From Candidatus Velthaea sp. (GTDB lineage Bacteria > Vulcanimicrobiota > Vulcanimicrobiia > Vulcanimicrobiales > Vulcanimicrobiaceae), in assembly GCA_050012475.1 (NCBI GenBank), contig JBEKHC010000035.1:1-44670 (forward strand): a stretch of 44,670 nucleotides of DNA, read 5' to 3'. The notes below the pieces were generated by a model. That model did no database searches and had not been told where the DNA came from. It worked only from the letters and a program-made list of their open reading frames with translations. Position numbers and translations under genes: made by a program. Positions 28,147 to 38,231 of this stretch are shown here, in pieces. Numbering within the stretch: position 1 is the stretch's first letter; each line of letters starts with the position of its first letter.

Positions 28147-29619
28147 ATGGCCGATATCGCGAACCAGGTTGGATCCGTCGCCGGCGATGCCGCGCCGCCG
28201 GCCGCACACGATGACGCAGCGCCCGCGGCGCTGCTTGCGTTCATGGTCACGCAGTGGGCACCGAAATCCGAGCTCGTGCTGCCGCTCGAGGACAGCAGGG
28301 TCTTTGCCGCGCGGCGCGATGCGCTTTCCGCGCGGTTTCCGGGCGACGTCCTGATCGTCCCGACCGGCCATGAGAAAGTCCGCGCCAACGACACCGCCTA
28401 TCGCTTTCGGCCCGGCAGCGACTTCTATTACTTAACAGGCAATGTCGAACCGGACGGCGTGCTGGTGTTCACGCCCAACGACCGCGGACACGATGCGGTG
28501 CTCTACGTCGAACCCAACCCCGGCAAGACCGACGCGACGTTCTTTACCGATCGCTCGAAGGGCGAGTTGTGGGTCGGTCCGCGGCTGGGCGTCGCCGAGA
28601 GTTCCGTGCGCTTCGGCATCGCGGCGCGGGGGCTGCCGCAGCTGCTCGACGATCTGCGCGTCCTCAATCGCGAAGACGCCGCGCGTCCGTTCCGCCTGCT
28701 GCGCGGGTTCGATTCGCAACTCGAGGCGATGCTGCCCGTTCAGGATGAACGGGATAGCGAGCTTGCGGCGGCGTTGTCCGAGATGCGGTTGATCAAAGAC
28801 GACGTTGAGATCGCCCAACTGCAGATCGCCATCGACGCAACGCAGCGCGGCTTCGAGGACGTGGTCCGGGCGTTGCCTGCGGCAACCACCGAACGTTGGG
28901 TGGAAGGCGTTTTCAACTTGCGCGCCCGCGTCGACGGAAACGACGTCGGTTACAACACGATCGCAGCGTCCGGTTCGCATGCGTGCACGCTGCATTGGAC
29001 GGCGAATGACGGCGCGCTGCGGCCCGGCGAGTTGCTGCTGCTCGATGCCGGGGTCGAAACGCACACGCTCTATACCGCGGACGTCACTCGCACGATCCCC
29101 ATCGGCGGCCGTTTCAGCCCCGAGCAGCGGGCGATCTATTCGCTGGTGCTCGACGCGCAGAATGCCGGCTTTGCCGCCTGCCGCCCGGGGAACGACTTCA
29201 TGGAACCCAACCGCGCTGCCATGGACGTGCTCGCGCACGGTCTCGAGCGGCTGGGGATCCTGCCGATGAGCGCACGCGAAGCGCTGGCCGCGACGAACCA
29301 GTTTTACAAGCGATACTCGCTGCACAACGTGAGCCACATGTTGGGCCTCGACGTTCACGACTGCGCCCAAGCGCGGCGCGAAACGTACAAATACGGCAAA
29401 CTTACGGCCGGCATGGTGCTCACGGTCGAGCCGGGGCTGTATTTTCAGCCCGACGATCTCACCGTGCCGGCGGCGTATCGCGGGATCGGAGTGCGCATCG
29501 AGGACGACGTCCTCATCACCGGCGGCGGCTGCCGAATATTGAGTGCGGGGCTGCCGCGCGAAGCCGCCGCAGTCGAGGCATGGATGCGTGACCTGTGGGA
29601 CGCGGGCAAAGCGCCCTGA
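28147..29619 (+). CDS. pepP: Xaa-Pro aminopeptidase (aminopeptidase P, M24B)
   Basis: YRFRPGSDFYYLTG, CTLHW, LLDAG, YTADVTRT, HMLGLDVHD, TVEPGLY, GVRIEDD. Confidence 0.95.
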   Translation: MADIANQVGSVAGDAAPPAAHDDAAPAALLAFMVTQWAPKSELVLPLEDSRVFAARRDALSARFPGDVLIVPTGHEKVRANDTAYRFRPGSDFYYLTGNVEPDGVLVFTPNDRGHDAVLYVEPNPGKTDATFFTDRSKGELWVGPRLGVAESSVRFGIAARGLPQLLDDLRVLNREDAARPFRLLRGFDSQLEAMLPVQDERDSELAAALSEMRLIKDDVEIAQLQIAIDATQRGFEDVVRALPAATTERWVEGVFNLRARVDGNDVGYNTIAASGSHACTLHWTANDGALRPGELLLLDAGVETHTLYTADVTRTIPIGGRFSPEQRAIYSLVLDAQNAGFAACRPGNDFMEPNRAAMDVLAHGLERLGILPMSAREALAATNQFYKRYSLHNVSHMLGLDVHDCAQARRETYKYGKLTAGMVLTVEPGLYFQPDDLTVPAAYRGIGVRIEDDVLITGGGCRILSAGLPREAAAVEAWMRDLWDAGKAP

Positions 29620-30149
29620 ACATACGCGGCGGCGGCGCGTGCGATTGCTCTGCAAAGCAAGGTTAGCTGCGTGCTCGACGTTTCGACAAAAGAGGCGCGG
29701 CGCGGTGGAAATCAAAAAGACACGGACCCGACGCGTTAACTTAATTTTACCCCTACGGCCGCCGAAATCGTCCCGAATCCACTGGGGGGTGGTGCGTAAC
29801 CTCTTTGCCGCTGCCGATAAGACGTTGTCCGGGTGCGTCGTGTTGAACGTCGTGCTGGGTGGAACCACTGTGACCGATCGCACGTTACTCGCATGGCACT
29901 GAGCGTGATGTGATGTAACAGCGTTCTAACGGCAACTGTTTTCATGTAGCGTACTAGACCACGTCAAAGGCCGGAAGTCCCCAGGCGCGCAAACGCTTGA
30001 CGCGAGTACTACGCGTCGAGAATGCGCAAACTTCTATTGAACTCATATCAGAAACGGCGCTTTGCGCCTCGCGTAGAGCGAACGCCGCGACAACCTGAAA
30101 TCTACCGTCGCTGCGGGTTTTATCTCGACGAAATCAAGAGGAAGCAAGA

Positions 30150-30869
30150 ATGTCGGTTCCCGTCAATCTTTATGTCGATCGCATGAGCCCGGTGGAGCCG
30201 GTCCGGGTTGCTGATGTATATGCCGTGACGCACGACCGCGCCTCGGCCTATTCCGAAGCGGCGTCGAAGATCGGTCTCACGACGCGTGAATATGCCGAGT
30301 TTCGCCAGGCGCTCACCGACGGCGGGGCGGTGTACGTCGTGCTGCCGCGGCACATCGACGCGATGGCAGGGGTACACCGCAGCGGACACGTCTACGCACT
30401 GCGCAACGTCGTCGTGCCCAGCGGCACCATGGGCTGGCAAGTGAATCTGGCCGATGGGACGACCGTCCTGATCCCCCGCGTTTGCGGAAATCTTTCGATG
30501 AATCATAGCCGCGCGATTGCCGCCCGTCCGCGCGTCGTGGCGCAACGCACCCAGCCCAAAGCGGTGCGTGCCGTAGCCTACGTCGCTCCCAAGCCCACGG
30601 TCAAACCCGCCGTCGTCGCCGCGGCACCGGTTACCCCGGTGACGTTTGAGGCTCCGCAAACCGTCGCACCGGTCGCTGCCGCACCGGTGGCGGCAGTCGC
30701 GGCCGTCGGCCATGCCAGCTTTATCCCGTTTGTCGGTCTGCTTGCCCCGATCGTGGCCAGCTTTAGCGGCGGCGGCGGCGGAGGCGGCAGCACCCATTCG
30801 GCGACCTTTACCCCGGCTGCGCCGCCGTGCGCCGCCGGCTCCAACGCAACGGGCATCTGCTCGCACTAG
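30150..30869 (+). CDS. Hypothetical protein: globular N-domain, Pro/Val/Ala linker, C-terminal hydrophobic segment and Cys pair
   Basis: SD GAGGAAG; ..GWQVNLADG..VLIPRVCGNLS..; FIPFVGLLAPIVASF; PPCAAGSNATGICSH. Confidence 0.7.
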   Translation: MSVPVNLYVDRMSPVEPVRVADVYAVTHDRASAYSEAASKIGLTTREYAEFRQALTDGGAVYVVLPRHIDAMAGVHRSGHVYALRNVVVPSGTMGWQVNLADGTTVLIPRVCGNLSMNHSRAIAARPRVVAQRTQPKAVRAVAYVAPKPTVKPAVVAAAPVTPVTFEAPQTVAPVAAAPVAAVAAVGHASFIPFVGLLAPIVASFSGGGGGGGSTHSATFTPAAPPCAAGSNATGICSH

Positions 30870-30923
30870 GCTCGGCTCGACTTCGTTCGTCCGCGGCGCG
30901 TCCGCCGCGCTCCGGATCCAAAC

Positions 30924-30957
30924 AAAAGCGGCCCGCATTTTTGCGGGCCGCCTTTTT
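30924..30957. terminator. Intrinsic terminator, potentially bidirectional
   Basis: AAAA-GCGGCCCGCA-tttt-TGCGGGCCGC-CTTTTT. Confidence 0.8.
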
Positions 30958-31038
30958 GGCCAAAGGCAGGGTACGAACGATGCCTGTTCAAACGGATGGC
31001 CAAATGTCTGGCCGGCGCCGGAATGGTGGGGGTTCACG

Positions 31039-32799
31039 TTGGAACAGACCAGCTTCGAGGTAATGTTCGGCGGTCAAGCCGGGGACGGAAGCCTGACAAC
31101 GGGTGACGCCATCGCTGGGATCTTCAAGCGTTGCGGGCTGGCGGTGTACACCTACAAGGACTTTCCGTCGCGGATCCGGGGCGGGCACACGAATTACGTC
31201 ATTCGCGCGGGTAGCGTCGCCGATTACGGTTTAGCCGATGCCGTCGACGCGCTCGTGGCGTTCGATCTCGAAGCGGTCCAAGCGCATGTCGACGAGCTGC
31301 GCCCGGGCGGTTCGGTCATCTACGACACGACATCCGAAGCGCTGCCGGCGCACCTGCGCCGACCCGACGTGTGCTGGTACGAAATCCCGCTCGCCCGCAT
31401 CGCCAAAGACGAACTCGGCCGCGAGATCGTGCGCAACACCATCGCCCTCGGCGCGCTTGCGGCCCTGGCCGGGATCGACTCGAAGATCGTGCACGCCGAA
31501 ATTCGGCGCACCTACGAGCGCAAAGGCGACACCGTCGTCGAGCTCAACTTGCGCGCCGTCGATGCCGGAGAGCGCGCCATCGCGCAGGCGGCGGCACCCG
31601 CGCAGCGGTTGACGTGCCGCGACGACGACGCCGGGCGGCTGTTGATGATGGGCAACGACGCGATCGCCCTCGGTGCGCTCGTTGCGGGCTGCCGCTTCAT
31701 GGCCGGCTATCCGATCACGCCGGCGACCGACGTGCTGGAATGGATGGCGCGCGAATTGCCGCGCCTCGGGGGCGTCGCCGTCCAAGCTGAAGACGAGTTG
31801 GCCGCTATCAACATGGTGCTCGGAGCGGCCTTCGGCGGCGTCCGCGCCATGACCGCGACGTCGGGTCCGGGTCAAGCGCTCATGACCGAAGCGATCGGGT
31901 TGGCCGGCGTCCTGGAAATCCCGGTGGTCGTCATCGAATGCGCGCGGGCCGGTCCGTCCACGGGCATGCCGACGAAAACCGAACAAAGCACGCTCAATCA
32001 TCTCATCTACAGCGGACACGGGGAAATTCCGCGGGTGGTTTTGGCCCCCGGAACGGTGCGCGAGTCCTTCGAGCTGACGGTCGCGGCGTTCAATTTGGCC
32101 GAACGCTATCAGCTCCCGGTCTTCGTGCTCACCGAACAGGCGCTGTGTCAGAGCAAGGCGACGGTCACGCTGCCCGACTTCGAGACGGTAACCGTCGAGC
32201 GGGGAAAGCTCATTAGCGATGGTGTCACGTTCGGCGACTACGAACGCTTTGCCGAAACCGAGGACGGCGTTTCACCGCGCGTGGTGCCCGGCGTGCCCGG
32301 CGGGATGCACCTCGCTCCGGGCGCCGAGCACGATCCGTCGGGCGTCGTCGACGAAGACGCGCACAATCGCATGCGGATGATGGAGAAGCGCATGCGCAAA
32401 CTCGAGTCGATGCGCGACGAGCTGCCGCGCGCGATCGTGCACGGCGTTGCCGACGCCGACATCGCGATCATCGGCTATGGTTCGAACCGCGGTCCGATCG
32501 TCGAAGCCGTCGACCGGCTGTGCGCCGCGGGCACGCCGGTCCGGTTCTTGCAACTGCGGACGCTGTGGCCGTTCCCCGCTGCCGACATTCGCAGTTTCGT
32601 TCGCGGGGCGCAGCACGTGTTGGTGGTCGAACACACGTTTACGGGTCAGCTCGAGGCGCTCGTTCGCGGTGTCGTCGGTCCGCTGGAGAGCCTGCACGGC
32701 GTTCGCAAGTACGATGGCCGGCCGTTTCGCCCCATCGAGATCATCGAGCATGTCGTGGGGTTGGCGCACGCCGACCAATTCGCCGGAGTACAACGATGA
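31039..32799 (+). CDS. korA: 2-oxoacid:ferredoxin oxidoreductase alpha subunit (fused gamma-alpha)
   Basis: GGQAGDG, SRIRGGH, AGYPITPAT, QAEDE, TATSGPG, RAGPSTGMPT; TTG after GGGGG. Substrate not determinable from sequence. Confidence 0.9.
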   Translation: MEQTSFEVMFGGQAGDGSLTTGDAIAGIFKRCGLAVYTYKDFPSRIRGGHTNYVIRAGSVADYGLADAVDALVAFDLEAVQAHVDELRPGGSVIYDTTSEALPAHLRRPDVCWYEIPLARIAKDELGREIVRNTIALGALAALAGIDSKIVHAEIRRTYERKGDTVVELNLRAVDAGERAIAQAAAPAQRLTCRDDDAGRLLMMGNDAIALGALVAGCRFMAGYPITPATDVLEWMARELPRLGGVAVQAEDELAAINMVLGAAFGGVRAMTATSGPGQALMTEAIGLAGVLEIPVVVIECARAGPSTGMPTKTEQSTLNHLIYSGHGEIPRVVLAPGTVRESFELTVAAFNLAERYQLPVFVLTEQALCQSKATVTLPDFETVTVERGKLISDGVTFGDYERFAETEDGVSPRVVPGVPGGMHLAPGAEHDPSGVVDEDAHNRMRMMEKRMRKLESMRDELPRAIVHGVADADIAIIGYGSNRGPIVEAVDRLCAAGTPVRFLQLRTLWPFPAADIRSFVRGAQHVLVVEHTFTGQLEALVRGVVGPLESLHGVRKYDGRPFRPIEIIEHVVGLAHADQFAGVQR

Positions 32800-33677
32800 C
32801 GAGCACTCAGCAACCCTTGCGCGCCAAAGACTACGCGACCGAGACCGCGGCCTGGTGGTGTCCGGGTTGCGGCGATTACGGGGTGCTGGCTTCACTCAAA
32901 TCGGCGCTGGCCGAACTGGCGATTCCACCCGACCAGATCGGCTTCGTCGCGGGTATCGGCTGCTCGGGGAAGATCGCCGGCTATCTGCACAGTTACGCTT
33001 TTCACGGCGCTCACGGACGCGCGCTTCCCGTCGCGACCGGGCTCAAGCTCGCGAATCGTGGCTTGACCGTCATCGCTGCGGGCGGCGACGGCGACGGCTA
33101 CGCCATCGGCGCGGGCCACTTCGTCCACACCGTGCGGCGAAATCCCGACCTCACCTACATCGTGATGGACAATCAAACGTACGGACTGACCAAGGGGCAA
33201 TCATCGCCGACGAGCGTCGGCGGTTACGTTACGTCCACCAGTCCCGGCGGCAACCCCGATACACCGCTCAACGGGCTGGCACTCGCGCTCGCAGCTGGCG
33301 CAACGTTTCTCGCGCGCGGATTCGCCGGCCAACCCAAAGCGCTCATGGAACTCATGAAGGCGGCGATCGCGCATCGCGGCTTTGCGATCGTCGAAGTGAT
33401 GTCGCCGTGTGTGACATTCAATAAACGCACGACCTACGCATGGTTCAAAGACAACGTGTACGATCTGGCCGCGCGCGACGACTACGCGCCGCACGATCGG
33501 CGGGCGGCGTTCGAGGTGCTGACGCGCGAAGGCGCGATCCCGCTCGGAATCATCTATCGTGAAGAGCGGCCTACCTTCGAGGAGCGCTGCAATCTCGCAG
33601 CAACGCCGATCGCGCAGCTCGATCTGCGTTCGTCCAGCCGCGACTACGCCGCCATCGCCGCCGCGTACGGCGCTTAG
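32796..33677 (+). CDS. korB: 2-oxoacid:ferredoxin oxidoreductase beta subunit
   Basis: WCPGCGD, GIGCS, HGRALP.ATG, GGDGDG, DNQTYGLTKGQ.SPT, SPCVTFN; ATGA overlap with alpha. Confidence 0.9.
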   Translation: MTSTQQPLRAKDYATETAAWWCPGCGDYGVLASLKSALAELAIPPDQIGFVAGIGCSGKIAGYLHSYAFHGAHGRALPVATGLKLANRGLTVIAAGGDGDGYAIGAGHFVHTVRRNPDLTYIVMDNQTYGLTKGQSSPTSVGGYVTSTSPGGNPDTPLNGLALALAAGATFLARGFAGQPKALMELMKAAIAHRGFAIVEVMSPCVTFNKRTTYAWFKDNVYDLAARDDYAPHDRRAAFEVLTREGAIPLGIIYREERPTFEERCNLAATPIAQLDLRSSSRDYAAIAAAYGA

Positions 33678-33679
33678 CA

Positions 33680-33764
33680 GGGTTCCGACTTCGTCGGAAC
33701 CCGTGGCGTTTGCGGCTGCGCCGCCAGCCGCGCGTGGCGTTCGGCGCTGCGCGCCCAGCCGCGG
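33680..33764. repeat. REP-like cluster of short hairpins
   Basis: GGGTTCCGAC-ttc-GTCGGAACCC then GTGGCGTTTGCGGCTGCGCCGC and GTGGCGTTCGGCGCTGCGCGCC; related to 43437-43550. Confidence 0.65.
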
Positions 33765-35480
33765 CTACGGAGGGAGCGGGGCGCCGAACGCGATTCCGGC
33801 TTGGGCGAATGCGCTGCGCACGCGTTCGTTGATTTGACGGCGCACCTCGAATTGCCGCAGCGGCGCTGTTTTGATCGACGCGCGAACGACGATTCCGTCT
33901 TTGCTGAGCGCATCGATGCCGATCCATTCCAGCGGCGTGCCGATGTCATGGGTCCAGTTGCCCTCCGATGCGAGCGTTTGAATTTGCGTGCGCACGATGT
34001 CGACCGCTTTGGGGACGTCGGCTCCCGGATCGACGGGGACGCGAAAATCGACGCGCGACCAATTGCGCGATTGGTTCACCACGTTGACCACCGAACTGTG
34101 CGGAATCGTGATGAGATCGCCGGACGCATCGCGGATTTGTACCATGCGCAGGGTCAGCAGTTCGACGGTCCCGCTGAAGGCGTTGATCGTGACGAGATCG
34201 CCGACGACGTAGTGGTCCTCGTAGAGCACCAGAAAGCCGTTGAGGAAGTCGCGCACGAAATTCTGCGCTGCGAGTGAGAGCGCGATGGCCGCTAAGCCGC
34301 CGATCGTCACCACCGAACCGATCGGCACGCCGATCTGTCCGCAAATGGTGAGCACGGCGAAGAAGACCAGCGCGAAAGTTTTTGCACCGGCGACGGTTTG
34401 CGCGATGGTCGGAATACGCAACAGCAATCGCGCGCGGTCGTCCGAACTGCTAGAACGCCGCACGCGCCAGGCCGCTGCGGCGCGGTTGATCGCGATGTCG
34501 AGGATGCGGTTGAGCAACCCCGCGATGATGATCGTGGTCGCCACGCCAAGCGCCGCACGCTCGATACTCTGCGCCAGCGGCGTCGTCTCGGCGAACAGCG
34601 ACAAACTCCACGTCACCGCGCTGATCCAAGCCAGCAGCGTTCCCCACAGCAGCAATTCGGCGACGGCAGTGTAGAGCGTCAGCCGCCGTGACGGCTGGAG
34701 GTTGCGCAGCGAAAGCGCGAAAAAGCGCCGGCGGCGCGACGCGGCCGACGGCGCTTCGGGGGCCAGCGGCGTTTCGGCGGCTGCGACCGCCGAACGTTCG
34801 GACAGCTCTTGTTCGAGCCGCTCGATCCGCTGCCACAGCAAGCGCAGCACGAGCGCCATGAGCGCAGTGATCACGACGAGCGCGATGGAGACGTTGACGA
34901 TCTGCTGCAGGCTGCGTTTTTCAACCGCCGGCTGACGTAACTCGAGCGCGCGAATGACCGCGCTTTGCAGCGTGGCTTGCCACTGGGCGGCGAGCGCATC
35001 GACGTTCGTACCGTTCGAGCGTGCATCGGCGGTCGTGACCGTGATGAGCGCCAGCGGGTCGGGATGTCGGCTGTCGACGGCTTCGAGAACGGCGACGTCG
35101 CCTACGCGCTTGACGTGGACGCGCAAGGTCTGCGGATCGAACACCGGCGTCGAGCGTGCTCCGCTGCCGGACTCGACCAACAGCTGAGCCAGCGCGGTCT
35201 GCACGTTGGCGACGCGGATCGCAATCGGCAGTTGCGTGATTGGCGGATTGATCGGCGCGCCGATGCGAAAGAGCGTGTCGCCGTCGAGGACGATCGGCGC
35301 CGTGACGTACAGACCTTGGACCGTCAAGCCGCTTACCGCGGGTCCGGGCGCTGCGGTCGGCAACGTCAGCTGGGCCAGGAGCGCCGGTGCGGAAGGACTC
35401 GCGGGTCGGCTCGCGGTCCACGAAGCCAGCCCGAGCGCCGCAGCGAGAAGGAGAAGCAGCAAGCGACGCGGCTCGATCAT
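33765..35480 (-). CDS. Mechanosensitive channel, MscS family, with large extracytoplasmic N-terminus
   Basis: ALSLAAQNFVRDFLNGFLVLYEDHYVVGD, GTVE.LTLR..IRD..G.LITIP, VVNQSRNWSR. Confidence 0.92.
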   Translation of the reverse strand: MIEPRRLLLLLLAAALGLASWTASRPASPSAPALLAQLTLPTAAPGPAVSGLTVQGLYVTAPIVLDGDTLFRIGAPINPPITQLPIAIRVANVQTALAQLLVESGSGARSTPVFDPQTLRVHVKRVGDVAVLEAVDSRHPDPLALITVTTADARSNGTNVDALAAQWQATLQSAVIRALELRQPAVEKRSLQQIVNVSIALVVITALMALVLRLLWQRIERLEQELSERSAVAAAETPLAPEAPSAASRRRRFFALSLRNLQPSRRLTLYTAVAELLLWGTLLAWISAVTWSLSLFAETTPLAQSIERAALGVATTIIIAGLLNRILDIAINRAAAAWRVRRSSSSDDRARLLLRIPTIAQTVAGAKTFALVFFAVLTICGQIGVPIGSVVTIGGLAAIALSLAAQNFVRDFLNGFLVLYEDHYVVGDLVTINAFSGTVELLTLRMVQIRDASGDLITIPHSSVVNVVNQSRNWSRVDFRVPVDPGADVPKAVDIVRTQIQTLASEGNWTHDIGTPLEWIGIDALSKDGIVVRASIKTAPLRQFEVRRQINERVRSAFAQAGIAFGAPLPP

Positions 35481-35614
35481 TCGCGAAGGACTACCCGCTC
35501 GGCGAGACCTCCACCCCTAGGAACGTGTCGGGTACACCCAACACTGGGACGGTTGGGTACCGAGCGCAGCCGGGGACACCTATCCCGCCGTCGCCCGTCA
35601 AGGCCCGGCGGGCG

Positions 35615-36088
35615 CTAGAACCAGCCGCGGAAGCCGAAACCGCGATCGCGGAAGCCGATCCCGAACGCCGGATACGGGCGGTAGGGATAGGGGTAGTACC
35701 CGTAGGGCGGATAGCCGTAGGCGTATCCGGGGTAGCCATAGCTCGCGTACGGTGTGTCGATCTCGTTCGCGGTAAACGACTTGCCCGTGTTGTGGCCGAG
35801 AATCGTGACGCTCTGCCCCGGCGACAGCCGCAGGCCGGTCGGGTTGATAATCGTCCCGTCGTGCAGCGTGACGTTGTCGATGAAACCGCGTTCGTCACGC
35901 AACTGCAGGTGGTATTTGCCGTCGACAGTGGCGATTCGACCGCGAATGCTCTCTTCGCCGCTGGCATAGCTGGGAAGGTTTTGGGACTGCGCGCTTGCCG
36001 CGGTTGCGCCCAGCCCGCATGCGGCGAGCCCGAGGGCGGCGGCTAACACGGTTCGGATCGGACGATTTGCCGAAAGTGCGTGCTTCAT
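35615..36088 (-). CDS. Hypothetical secreted protein with small beta domain and Tyr/Pro/Gly-rich tail
   Basis: Signal peptide ..AASA-Q; IRGRIATVDGKY.LQLRDERGFIDNVTLHDGTIINPTG; ATG after AAGAGG. Confidence 0.7.
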   Translation of the reverse strand: MKHALSANRPIRTVLAAALGLAACGLGATAASAQSQNLPSYASGEESIRGRIATVDGKYHLQLRDERGFIDNVTLHDGTIINPTGLRLSPGQSVTILGHNTGKSFTANEIDTPYASYGYPGYAYGYPPYGYYPYPYRPYPAFGIGFRDRGFGFRGWF

Positions 36089-36215
36089 GCCTCTTTTGTA
36101 CCGCAAAATGTGATCGAAAAGGCTTAGGAGCGGATGAGAGTGCGGCGCATGCGTGGCGGCGTCCGCTCGCACGGCAGCGATGATGGCGCAAGCGTGTCGA
36201 AAGCCGCCTCTTGGT

Positions 36216-37751
36216 ATGGAACTCCGCGTCAACGCTGCGTCGTCCGAGTTCGCGGTTTCGCGGCCCGCGCTTGCGCTTTGGTCCGGCGCGCTCGTTACCC
36301 TCGCGCTCCACCTGACGTTCAGCGGGCTGTACGGCTATCAGCGCGACGAACTCTACTTCATCGCGTGTTCCCGGCATCTCGCCTGGGGCTACGTCGATCA
36401 GCCGCCGCTCATCGCTGCGATCGTCGATCTGTCGCTGCGCCTGTTCGGCGACACGCTGGGCGCCCTGCGCATCCTGCCGGCGGTCGCCGCGGGGGGCCTC
36501 GTGGCGCTCAGCGGATACGCGGTCCACCGTCTAGGCGGGGGGCTGTACGCGATGACCGTCGCGATGATCGGCGTAGCGCTCGCCCCGTTCGATCTCGCGG
36601 TGGGCAGTCTGCTCACCATGAACGCGTTCGAGCCGCTGCTTTGGCTGGGACTGATGCTGCTCGTGTTCGCCCAACTCGAGTCCCCGCGGGCGTGGCGCTG
36701 GCCCGTCGTCGGGCTCCTCGTCGGCGTCGGCATGCTCAACAAGTGGTCGATGGGAATGTACGCGGCGGCGCTGGTCATCGGGTTCGCGCTCTCGCCCGCC
36801 CGGCGCTCGATTTGGGTGCCCGGCTTGGCGGCGGCCGGCGCGCTTGCGGTTGCGATCGTCGCGCCGAACGTCGCCTGGCAAGCTCTCCACGGCTGGCCGC
36901 AACTCGCCGTCGTCCGCAACGCGGATCTGGCGAAGAACGAGCACATCTCGGCGGCGATGTTTCTGCTCGAACAGATTCCGTTGATGAACCCGTTGTGCGC
37001 TCCGCTGTGGATCGCGGGTCTGTATCTGCTGCTGCGCTCGCGGCGCTTTGCGGGATTCGCCGTCGCTTACGGCGTGCTGGTCGCGGCGGAGATCGCCTTG
37101 CGCGGCAAAGTCTATTACATGGCGCCGATCTATCCGGGACTCATCGCGATCGGCGCCGTTGCCCTCGAGCGCGCGACGCGCGATCGGCGCTGGCTGCGCA
37201 GCGGTGCAATCGCGGCCCTCGCAGCTGCCGGCTTGGCAATCATGCCGTTGGCCACGCCGGCGCTGCCGCTCCCGGCGCTGCTCCACTACCAGCATGCCAT
37301 CGACGTGCGTTCCGTCAAGATGGAAAATCACCCGACGGGCCTCGTGCCGCAGCAATTCGCCGACCAGCTGGGCTGGGACGATCTCGAAGCGACGGCCGCG
37401 CGCGCAGTTGCCCAACTCGCGCCGGCGGAACGGCCGTCGGCCGCGATCTTGACCGGCGACTACGGCCAGGCCGCCGCACTCGATTTCTTGGGCCGGCGCG
37501 ACAACCTGCCGCCGGCGATCAGCGGGCACAATCAATACTACCTTTGGGGGCCGCGCGGCGAGCACGCGGCGATCGTCGCCATCGGCGTGCCGCGTGCAGT
37601 CCTCGCGCGCGAGTATCGTTCGATCCGGCGCGTGGGAGAATACCGGTCGCCGTACGTTCTGCCGCAGAATAGTAATTTGCCGGTCTACGTTTGCCGCCGG
37701 CCGCGGATGCCGCTGGCGAGATTTTGGCGTCACCTGCGCGATTATCTGTGA
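36216..37751 (+). CDS. GT-C fold glycosyltransferase (family 39 / ArnT-PMT-like)
   Basis: YGYQRDELYF, LAWGYVDQPPL, many TM segments, PNVAWQ..HGWP, SGHNQYYLWGP; start approximate. Confidence 0.88.
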   Translation: MELRVNAASSEFAVSRPALALWSGALVTLALHLTFSGLYGYQRDELYFIACSRHLAWGYVDQPPLIAAIVDLSLRLFGDTLGALRILPAVAAGGLVALSGYAVHRLGGGLYAMTVAMIGVALAPFDLAVGSLLTMNAFEPLLWLGLMLLVFAQLESPRAWRWPVVGLLVGVGMLNKWSMGMYAAALVIGFALSPARRSIWVPGLAAAGALAVAIVAPNVAWQALHGWPQLAVVRNADLAKNEHISAAMFLLEQIPLMNPLCAPLWIAGLYLLLRSRRFAGFAVAYGVLVAAEIALRGKVYYMAPIYPGLIAIGAVALERATRDRRWLRSGAIAALAAAGLAIMPLATPALPLPALLHYQHAIDVRSVKMENHPTGLVPQQFADQLGWDDLEATAARAVAQLAPAERPSAAILTGDYGQAAALDFLGRRDNLPPAISGHNQYYLWGPRGEHAAIVAIGVPRAVLAREYRSIRRVGEYRSPYVLPQNSNLPVYVCRRPRMPLARFWRHLRDYL

Positions 37752-37866
37752 TTGCCGTCCCCTTCACCGGCGGGTCAGGAGCGTTTTTCGAGCGCCATCC
37801 GGAACGTGAGAGCATACGGAACTCCGAGCGTCGCCGTTCGGACTCGTCTCGCGAGGAGAAACCACC

Positions 37867-38190
37867 ATCGATTCATCGAACGGCCAAGCCGAACACAGCC
37901 ATCCCGACGATCACGTTCACGACGAAACGGCAGGTGACGACGGCCTGCTCGAGCTGCGCGATGTCCTCGTTATCGAAACGACCGACGGAAAGCAGTTGGA
38001 GTTCGAGGTCGTCGGGCTCGTCGAGGACGATGAGAACAACGCGTTTGCGGTGTGTTACAGCGAAAAAGCCGATGAGTTCGTCGTGACCGACGCCGTCGGG
38101 ACGCTGCTCGACGACGACGAGCTTGCCCAAGAGATTCTGGACGACTTCTTCGTGTTAGCCGACGAGTCGAGCCCCGAGACGCAGGCGTGA
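37867..38190 (+). CDS. Small acidic protein, DUF1292-like; proposed ATC start
   Basis: Frame open from 37810; LVIETTDGKQLEFEVVGLVED..FAVC; GAGGAG 8 nt before ATC 37867; first canonical codon is TTG 37996, mid-domain. Confidence 0.65.
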   Translation: MDSSNGQAEHSHPDDHVHDETAGDDGLLELRDVLVIETTDGKQLEFEVVGLVEDDENNAFAVCYSEKADEFVVTDAVGTLLDDDELAQEILDDFFVLADESSPETQA

Positions 38191-38231
38191 GCCGCGTGCT
38201 CGAACCGCGGCAGGAGTAGCGCGCGCTCTCC

